Virus record (IMG/VR): IMGVR_UViG_2778261398_000002
Coordinates: 1,338 to 65,337 of that record
Direction: 5' to 3' (one strand)
From: a virus
Lineage: Duplodnaviria; Caudoviricetes
DNA: 64,000 nucleotides
Both the position numbers and the translations under genes were made by a program. Each line of letters starts with the position of its first letter. Position 1 is the stretch's first letter. Positions 57,369 to 64,000 of this stretch are shown in pieces. Under the pieces are notes generated by a model that saw only the letters and a list, made by a program, of their open reading frames with translations, ran no database searches and was not told the DNA's origin.

Positions 57369-59501
57369 ATGAATCATTTCGTCAAAGCGCCCCACGAATA
57401 CACACGAGACCTCAACATCATCAAAGTGTATATGGAAGCCAGCGCCGAGTACCTTTCAAGGATGACCGGCAAACCTTATGACTATTGTCTCGACTATGTG
57501 AAAAAGACCACGGCTAAAGGTGGCAAGCACCCTCTGGTTAACCCGGAAACTCTGGTGCTTAGTAAAGAGACACCCGGTAATCGCAAACCGACCACAATGG
57601 CGTTCACGGAGTTCCTGAAAGACGTTGTGGAGAACAAGCGAATCTTGTCTCCGACCATGTGCGTCTATCGTAACGCCGTGGACATGAAGTCTTTGCTTTC
57701 CTTGTACATTTCGGCCAACATCAAGAAGCGGTCGGCGAAGAAGAAACTCGCCCACACGGCAATGATGGAAAAGGACAAAGAGAAAGAAGACCTTTACGAG
57801 AACCAGCAGACCACGGCTAAGGTAAAGAACAACGCTTTGTCTGGCGGACAGGCTTCCAAGGGAACGCCGCTGTGTAATAAGTCTGCCCACAGCTCACTTA
57901 CATCGACGTGTCGTTCAGCGACCGGGTACGGCAACGCCAACAATGAGAAGTTCCTCACCGGCAACCGTCATTATTGGCACCCCAACGTCGTGCAGGCAAA
58001 CATCCTGTCTATCATCAGCAGGACAGACCTCGAGTTGTTACAACAAGCGTTGGACCATTACGGTATTCGCCATCCCACGTTTGAAGAGGTTTGTGAGCTG
58101 ACACGCTATTCGACGGATCTTTACTGGAGAAGCAAGCCAGCGCGACTTCGAATAGAGAAGCTTCTGTCGACGCTGTCTCCCATTGAACGATCCGCTTATG
58201 CTTACGTGGGCGACCTCTACCATCTTGCTCAATACAACCCGGAGATAGTGCGGTCTTTCTTGGCCAAGTTGTCTTCTAAGGGAACAATTGCAGTCGAGAC
58301 GCTGGAGGAAGCGAAGACAATTGCCTCCAACATCGACCCCGACATTAAAGCCCTTGCCAGTATCCTCTGCGCTAAAGAGCTAGAAGGAAGTCGACTGGAG
58401 GTTTTGCACGAGACCAACCCAGAAGGCCTCAAGCGATTCGCGTCTACCGTGTTGTCGACCAACCACATCCTTGACGAATACGCTCTGTTGATCAAGGCGC
58501 TGTGGGCTACCGATAACGTTCCGGCATCCGTGGCCAGCTTGCCTGACATCATGCGGCGTTCTGTTATTGCTTCAGATACAGACTCCACCATTTTCACCAC
58601 TCAGTACTGGACTGAGTGGTTTGTTGGTAAACTGGATTTCTCCGAGACCTCCACAGCCGTGGCAGCAGCGGTGACGTACTTGGCCAGCCAAACCATCATC
58701 CACGTTCTCGCCTTCATGTGTGGTAACATGGGCGTTGAGGAATCGAAGATACATCAACTCGCTATGAAGAACGAGTACATGTTCCCTGTCTTTGCTCTAA
58801 CCCCGCGTGCGAAGCACTATTATGCCTACCAGGCGGTGAAAGAAGGTAACGTGTTGCCCAAGATGAAGAAGGAGATCAAGGGCGTTTATCTGAAATCCTC
58901 GAACTGTCCACCACACGTCATTGAGAAGGTCCACAACATGATGGGCTATGCAATGGACACGGTGATGAAAGGCGAGCAATTGAGTCTGAGGAAGATTTTG
59001 GAGGACGTGTCGTCCGTAGAAATGGAGATTCGCAATTCCATTGAATCGGGTCAGTTCAACTACCTGACCAGTGGACAGATCAACGACAGGTCTTCCTATA
59101 AGAACCCTGACTCGTCGCCCTACATGTACTACGAGATGTGGGAAGAGGTCTTTGCTGAGAAATACGGTCACACCGAACCACCCAGCTACTCTAGCATCAA
59201 GGTTGCGTTGGACACACCTAACAAGACCAAGGTGGCCGAGTGGTTGGCTAGAATGGACGACCGCGTCATCGCAGAGAAGATGTCCAAGTGGATGGAGTCT
59301 AAAGGCAAAGTCATGCTAACGTCTATCCTGCTCCCAGAACTTGCCATGGGGGAAAGGGGCGTGCCTAAGGAAGTCATCAATGGCATCAACATTCGAGGGA
59401 TCGTCTATGAAACGATCAAGCCTTTCTATTTGGTTCTAGAGTCCTTTGGTCTGTTCATGATCAACGATAACATCACTAGACTTGTCTCCGATCGTCATTA
59501 G
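57369..59501 (+). CDS. family-B DNA polymerase, polymerase-domain subunit of the split enzyme (phiKZ gp50-like)
   Basis: Motif B-like AKVKNNALSG and motif C ASDTDSTIF; no exonuclease domain in this ORF. Confidence 0.85.
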   Translation: MNHFVKAPHEYTRDLNIIKVYMEASAEYLSRMTGKPYDYCLDYVKKTTAKGGKHPLVNPETLVLSKETPGNRKPTTMAFTEFLKDVVENKRILSPTMCVYRNAVDMKSLLSLYISANIKKRSAKKKLAHTAMMEKDKEKEDLYENQQTTAKVKNNALSGGQASKGTPLCNKSAHSSLTSTCRSATGYGNANNEKFLTGNRHYWHPNVVQANILSIISRTDLELLQQALDHYGIRHPTFEEVCELTRYSTDLYWRSKPARLRIEKLLSTLSPIERSAYAYVGDLYHLAQYNPEIVRSFLAKLSSKGTIAVETLEEAKTIASNIDPDIKALASILCAKELEGSRLEVLHETNPEGLKRFASTVLSTNHILDEYALLIKALWATDNVPASVASLPDIMRRSVIASDTDSTIFTTQYWTEWFVGKLDFSETSTAVAAAVTYLASQTIIHVLAFMCGNMGVEESKIHQLAMKNEYMFPVFALTPRAKHYYAYQAVKEGNVLPKMKKEIKGVYLKSSNCPPHVIEKVHNMMGYAMDTVMKGEQLSLRKILEDVSSVEMEIRNSIESGQFNYLTSGQINDRSSYKNPDSSPYMYYEMWEEVFAEKYGHTEPPSYSSIKVALDTPNKTKVAEWLARMDDRVIAEKMSKWMESKGKVMLTSILLPELAMGERGVPKEVINGINIRGIVYETIKPFYLVLESFGLFMINDNITRLVSDRH

Positions 59502-59517
59502 TCGTAGGACGGTCATA

Positions 59518-59560
59518 ACTCCCCACACACCCAATGCGTCAGGGTGCGTGGGGAGTCTTT
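59518..59560. terminator. long hairpin terminator between convergent genes
   Basis: ACTCCCCAC..CACCC / GGGTG..GTGGGGAGT. Confidence 0.75.
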
Positions 59561-60650
59561 ACAAATATGCCGCGATTCGTGTATCGATGTAATCCACTGT
59601 CTCAGCGTACAAGTACGACGGCAGCGCATACTGAATGGTTTTGTCCGATCCGAGCTGCACGAGACTTCGACGGATCTCATTCAACGCATTCCGGTTCCTG
59701 TAGTGCTTAGCCACCGCAGCGTGCCGTAACAAGAAAGCAATCACTGGTAGACGAGCCAGTACTAGACCCCAGACGACCTGTCGAGTTGGCGGGATACTGG
59801 GTAACCGTATTGCTTGTAGCATGTTGTCGGAATAGAAAGTGGGTATGTTCTTCAACATGCCGACGAAATCGGTGGTGTTCTTCAGAAGCAACTCGTTGAG
59901 CTTCACAAGTTCACGGTCGATCTTGTCGTGGTACGAGACCGTCATGAAAGGGAACCAGGTCTCTTCCTTGGGGATGTCGTAACCATCCAACGCAGCATTC
60001 ATCCTGTTCAACATGGCAATGTCCATGTGGGACCCCAGCATGTTAGGTAGGACGTAACCGGCAACAAACTGCATGACTGTTCGAAGAGGCTCCCCCGTCG
60101 GCGTTGTCTTATCGCGATGACGTCTCCACCCTCTGTACTGTAGCGCCAGCAGAGGTATGTCGATCAACATAACGACCAGGCCACCATTGCCCGGGTTCTT
60201 CGACGGTTGTAGCGGATTCAACAAGACACTGTACTGAGGATGCCTGATGACACGGATGGGCTCCAGGTTCTCCCAGTTGTCAACCGCCTTGAGGGGGTCT
60301 ACATCCTCGATGACCGACACCATTACCTCAGTGTACCCTTTGCCATAAAAACGACCTGAAAAGGGCTCTCCTACGCTTAGGGGCGAGGTCAGTTTGAAGA
60401 CCCTGCTGATGTCGTAAGCTTGGTCAACAACGTTGTCGTAGTAAATATCTACGTCGTAGCCAAATTGTAAGGAGAGTGTGTTCAGCAGTCTGACGATGAG
60501 ATGATCTGACCTGACTGCGAAGCCTCGCTCTCGGTAATAGGTCTGTATCTTGTAAAGCTCTCTGTCCAAACCCCGTCTGACAAAGTCTAACTGGGGGATG
60601 TTGAAGCCCCCTCTGTTAATGGTGGGCTCGTCATTGAAAAGATTGTACAT
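59559..60650 (-). CDS. conserved protein between the DNA polymerase and chimallin (phiKZ gp52-like)
   Basis: 363 aa from MYNLF; synteny only. Confidence 0.65.
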   Translation of the reverse strand: MYNLFNDEPTINRGGFNIPQLDFVRRGLDRELYKIQTYYRERGFAVRSDHLIVRLLNTLSLQFGYDVDIYYDNVVDQAYDISRVFKLTSPLSVGEPFSGRFYGKGYTEVMVSVIEDVDPLKAVDNWENLEPIRVIRHPQYSVLLNPLQPSKNPGNGGLVVMLIDIPLLALQYRGWRRHRDKTTPTGEPLRTVMQFVAGYVLPNMLGSHMDIAMLNRMNAALDGYDIPKEETWFPFMTVSYHDKIDRELVKLNELLLKNTTDFVGMLKNIPTFYSDNMLQAIRLPSIPPTRQVVWGLVLARLPVIAFLLRHAAVAKHYRNRNALNEIRRSLVQLGSDKTIQYALPSYLYAETVDYIDTRIAAYL

Positions 60651-60676
60651 TTGGGGTTCCTGACGATTCAAAAGGA

Positions 60677-60693
60677 TTTCAGATACATATCAT
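60677..60693 (+). promoter_or_regulatory. putative early promoter
   Basis: TTTCAGATACATATCAT. Confidence 0.55.
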
Positions 60694-60728
60694 GGTCGTG
60701 CATTGTTACATTAATGGAGAATTATGAC

Positions 60729-61046
60729 ATGCGCAATGATCAGAATGAGATTTCACGGTTTGCCGAGCGCTTGCAGGACATGGCTATCCGCCACGAAGCC
60801 AAGCCACGCTCCAAGTTCCCGAAGCCGCCGATGCCTGAGCTGGACCCGACTTTCCACGACGGTTTCTTCGTTGAACTGGCTACCTACGAAATCGATGACC
60901 CGGACAAGGACGTGTTGAAGCAGGTTACTCGGTGCCGAACCATCTCCACTCACAATGCCATCCGTCAGGCTAAAGAAGAAGCTCGGGAGAACGGACTGGT
61001 TGTGATTGAAGTACTCGGCATCAAAGCCGTTAGTAATTGTGAGTAA
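60729..61046 (+). CDS. hypothetical protein
   Basis: 105 aa, GGAGA RBS 8 nt upstream. Confidence 0.65.
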   Translation: MRNDQNEISRFAERLQDMAIRHEAKPRSKFPKPPMPELDPTFHDGFFVELATYEIDDPDKDVLKQVTRCRTISTHNAIRQAKEEARENGLVVIEVLGIKAVSNCE

Positions 61047-61164
61047 AAAAATACTTACAATGTGCTATTGTATAGAGACTGTGAAAAGTCTACGGCTGCC
61101 GCCATGGCAGCTGGTTTACTATGACCGATAGTGCAAAAGAATTCTGATATTTGATTGTAAATAT

Positions 61165-61181
61165 TTACAAGCATATATCAT
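61165..61181 (+). promoter_or_regulatory. putative early promoter of chimallin
   Basis: TTACAAGCATATATCAT, 62 nt before the ATG. Confidence 0.7.
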
Positions 61182-61243
61182 GATAGGACATACCAGAACA
61201 GGTGTGTTTGCGCAAACAAAACCTATGTAGAAGGAAGATAAAG

Positions 61244-63142
61244 ATGGCAGTTAAACGCGGTGGTGGTGATAACCACATCCCTGGGAACGAAGAAGCAACA
61301 GTAATCGGTGGTCAGAAGTCGGCTACTGTATCTCGCCGTGGTGGTCTGTCGGCGCTGGCCGGTCCCTTTGGTGGCCCGATGTCCCGCACCGGCGCCAGCA
61401 AGGGCGTGACTGAATTCGCAGATGCCTTCAAGGCGCTGCTTGAGAAGGAAGTCGAAAGCAAAGAACTGGGCTTCAAGGTAACCATCCTCGACAGCTCTAT
61501 CAGCAACGCGGCATTGAGCGCCATCATCATCACGCTGCTCCGCAGCCAGGGCGGCAAAGAGTGCGTCACCGCGCACACCATGCTGGTCGAAAACTCCGGT
61601 AAGCTGATGCCGCGCACCGTTACGGTCGGCCAGAAGCAGTTCGAATTCGCTGTCACTGCCGGTGACGTAGCAGACAACAGTCTGATGGCTGAAGTCAAGC
61701 AAGCGGTTACCGACCTGTTCGGCGGTCGCAATGTTCAGGTCGTCGACGCCGGCGCATCGGTCATCCCGACCGAGCTGTCCATCGATGACGAGCAACACGT
61801 TCGCAATGTGCTGTACGGGGCAACTGTTGCCTGCTGGACCACCATGGTCAGCCTGGGCTTCATCGACGAGCCGCCGTTCACCGCTGAATGGGTTGAAGAT
61901 GGCAACCGTCTGCAATCCACCATCCACTTCAACCCGGCTGATCCGGCCGAAACCCTGGCGGGCCTGCCGGTCCGTAACGACATCGAAGTTGTCCTGCAAG
62001 GTTCGGTCTCGAGCCAGAGCAATGGTCAGATGGAACGTGCAATCGACATCACCAAGGTGACCGGTTACACTGACATCATCTACACGCCGCCTCAGTCGGC
62101 ACAGCAGCACAGCTTCTTCAACCAGAACCAACCGGTACAGATCGAACCGTACTTCACTCCGGTGTTCGTAATGACTTCGCTGGCTACCGAGATCAGCGCT
62201 GCCACCATGGAACTGCACCTGGCCGGTATCGCCAGTACTCTGGTTCTGCTGAACGGCACTGGTGCCGGCGTACCGCCGTGGATGAACGGTTTCCGTCAGA
62301 ACTACCGCATCAAGGCAAACGAAGTTGATGTTCGCGACATTGGCGCGATCGGCTACTTCATGAACCTGACCGGTGATCCGAATGCCAAGCCGACCCCCGT
62401 CGCTACCAAACTGGACAGCTTCGGTACTCGTGGTCTGTACAGCCTGCTGCACGCTGCACTGCACCCGGGCCTGGTGTTCGCCATGGATGTCGAAGAAGTA
62501 TCCGACACCTCCTGGATCAACCTGGCGTTCATCGCTGCTGCCGGTGGCAACCGCGAAGCCATTGCGCTGATCAACGGTGCGGCAGACACCCTGACTCTTG
62601 GTAACTTCTCCAAGATCTGGGACGCAAGCCAACCGATCGCCTACGACACTCAGAACCGTATCCACACCGGGTACTACTTCGATGACGCTGGCGTGAAACG
62701 CGACCTGCGTGACCTGGACCAGCTGGCCATGGCCAACCTGGTTGGTGGCTCTGATCGCGATGCAGCGATTCTGTGGGGCGACAGCTTCTCCCGTACCGAC
62801 ATCCCTGGTGTCGAGCGTCTGGAGCGTCGTGAGCAGATGATCCGCACTCGCTTCCAGTCCGTCAAGTTCAAGGGCTACGCTCGTCGTATCAACTTCAACC
62901 CGAACTGGCTGGCCGCTCTGGGCGAAGCGTGCGCCGCCGCCGGTCTCCGTATCCAACCCAATAACCCGACTCAAGAGTTCGGTGATGCGGGTCGTCACGG
63001 TGATCCGAACGCAATGCAGTACGCAATGCAGGGTGTTAACAGCAACCTGTTCAGCTTCACTGGCAACCAACGTACCTTCGGTGCGTCCTTCAGCCAGCCG
63101 AGCTTCGGTGGTAGCTACCGTCGTCCGGGTGGTGGACTCTGA
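61244..63142 (+). CDS. chmA: chimallin, major phage nuclear shell protein (phiKZ gp54 / 201phi2-1 gp105-like)
   Basis: 632 aa, highly biased codon usage, flexible Gly-rich termini, located directly upstream of nvRNAP beta' and near the DNA polymerase. Confidence 0.82.
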   Translation: MAVKRGGGDNHIPGNEEATVIGGQKSATVSRRGGLSALAGPFGGPMSRTGASKGVTEFADAFKALLEKEVESKELGFKVTILDSSISNAALSAIIITLLRSQGGKECVTAHTMLVENSGKLMPRTVTVGQKQFEFAVTAGDVADNSLMAEVKQAVTDLFGGRNVQVVDAGASVIPTELSIDDEQHVRNVLYGATVACWTTMVSLGFIDEPPFTAEWVEDGNRLQSTIHFNPADPAETLAGLPVRNDIEVVLQGSVSSQSNGQMERAIDITKVTGYTDIIYTPPQSAQQHSFFNQNQPVQIEPYFTPVFVMTSLATEISAATMELHLAGIASTLVLLNGTGAGVPPWMNGFRQNYRIKANEVDVRDIGAIGYFMNLTGDPNAKPTPVATKLDSFGTRGLYSLLHAALHPGLVFAMDVEEVSDTSWINLAFIAAAGGNREAIALINGAADTLTLGNFSKIWDASQPIAYDTQNRIHTGYYFDDAGVKRDLRDLDQLAMANLVGGSDRDAAILWGDSFSRTDIPGVERLERREQMIRTRFQSVKFKGYARRINFNPNWLAALGEACAAAGLRIQPNNPTQEFGDAGRHGDPNAMQYAMQGVNSNLFSFTGNQRTFGASFSQPSFGGSYRRPGGGL

Positions 63143-63167
63143 TTCGTTAGAGTCTCGATGTAGTACA

Positions 63168-63197
63168 AAAGGGGGCCCTTCGGGGTCCTCTTTTTTT
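63168..63197 (+). terminator. intrinsic terminator
   Basis: GGGGGCCC-TTCG-GGGTCCTC plus T7. Confidence 0.9.
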
Positions 63198-63226
63198 ACC
63201 CATTCGATATAAAGAGGTGCATCAAA

Positions 63227-64000
63227 GTGGGTGTTTATGTTGAAACCGTAGACTACAATCGAATGTTCAAGGGATTGTCTAAAGCTGCAATCATCGTTAA
63301 CGACTTCGACGTCTCAACCCAACGTGACCGTGATCGGCTGATGAATTTGCTGTACACGCACTACGAGGACGACACGCTGGACATGATGCCCAAGTGCGAT
63401 TGTGGGTCCGTCAAAGGTGAGTTTAACCTGGGTGTTCGTTGTGGGGAATGTAACTCGTTGGTGGAGCCTATCACCGAGCGGACATTGGAACCATCGCTCT
63501 GGATTGCAGCGCCTGAAGGTGTCGACACGTTGATCTCTCCTCATGTTTGGAACATGTTGGAGAAAAAGATCAAGATGCCCAACGGCTCTCTTCTCCAGTG
63601 GCTGACCAATCAAGACTACAAGTTGAAAGGGCCCATGGGTCCAATCTGCTACAGTCTGATCAAGGCGGGTCACAAGCGGGGCATCAACTACTTCACACGT
63701 AACTTCGATCGCTTGATGGAAGACGTGGCTCGGTTCGACGGTGTGAAGGGTTCTACTGTGAAGGAAAAGCAAGACTTCATGGACTTCTTGTCTCAAAACC
63801 GAGACCGGTTGTTCTCGAAACATCTGCCCATTCCCTCCAACCTGACCTTCGTTATCGAGAACGCGCCGATCAGTCGATACGCTGACCCGAACCTGGAGTT
63901 GGCCGGCGAAGCAGTGCAGACGATCTCGTCTATTCGAGCGGCAAACAAACCATTGTCCCTCAGGGCTCTGGAGAACCGCGCGATGACGGCGGTGATGCAG
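63227..64000 (+). CDS. non-virion RNA polymerase beta' subunit N-terminal part, 3'-truncated (phiKZ gp55-like)
   Basis: GTG 63227 with GAGGT RBS; translated by hand: MGVYVETVDY...MPKCDCG..KGEFNLGVRCGECNS (beta' Zn ribbon); open to the window end, so missing from the ORF track. Confidence 0.85.
   Translation, partial: MGVYVETVDYNRMFKGLSKAAIIVNDFDVSTQRDRDRLMNLLYTHYEDDTLDMMPKCDCGSVKGEFNLGVRCGECNSLVEPITERTLEPSLWIAAPEGVDTLISPHVWNMLEKKIKMPNGSLLQWLTNQDYKLKGPMGPICYSLIKAGHKRGINYFTRNFDRLMEDVARFDGVKGSTVKEKQDFMDFLSQNRDRLFSKHLPIPSNLTFVIENAPISRYADPNLELAGEAVQTISSIRAANKPLSLRALENRAMTAVMQ

Noticed and set aside
57369-59501. DNA polymerase lacking an exonuclease domain, and RNAP subunits split into separate genes
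   Set aside because: These are established features of phiKZ-like phages, not pseudogenes or novelties.
1-64000. tRNA genes, CRISPR arrays, introns, inteins, homing endonucleases, transposases, stop-codon reassignment
   Set aside because: By eye I found no cloverleaf, repeat-spacer periodicity, intein termini or HNH/GIY-YIG/DDE motifs. Core genes are full length under code 11 and TAA, TAG and TGA are all used as stops. tRNAscan-SE or ARAGORN would be needed for a formal exclusion.

Overview
This window is a 64-kb segment of a nucleus-forming, phiKZ-like jumbo phage (Chimalliviridae), translated with the standard code 11. Core genes recognised from motifs and synteny: a RecA/UvsX recombinase (cut by the left edge); four subunits of the split virion RNA polymerase (betaC, beta'N with DADFDGD, betaN, probable beta'C); a giant tape-measure/lytic transglycosylase protein; prohead protease; tail tube and sheath; terminase large subunit; PhuZ tubulin; the polymerase half of a split family-B DNA polymerase; chimallin; and the start of the non-virion RNAP beta' subunit (cut by the right edge, absent from the ORF track). 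phiKZ/SPN3US gp numbers are recalled from memory, not searched. The regulatory layer is readable: eight copies of a 17-nt early-promoter-like motif and about 20 intrinsic terminators. The most unusual material lies in the accessory island between phuZ and the DNA polymerase (46.5-57.3 kb). It holds (i) a ~550-nt densely base-paired region without a credible ORF, a candidate large ncRNA (52.08-52.63 kb), plus two smaller candidates at 47.3-47.7 kb; (ii) an overlapping pair of HslV/proteasome-like genes, one catalytically intact and one degenerate; and (iii) an operon of seven highly diverged apparent paralogues behind one early promoter. Several NAD/ADP-ribose-related domains (SLOG, NADAR, ART-like fused to ParB-like, NDT-like) are scattered through the window. 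No tRNA, CRISPR array, intron, intein or transposon could be supported. All RNA folds and protein alignments were done by eye.
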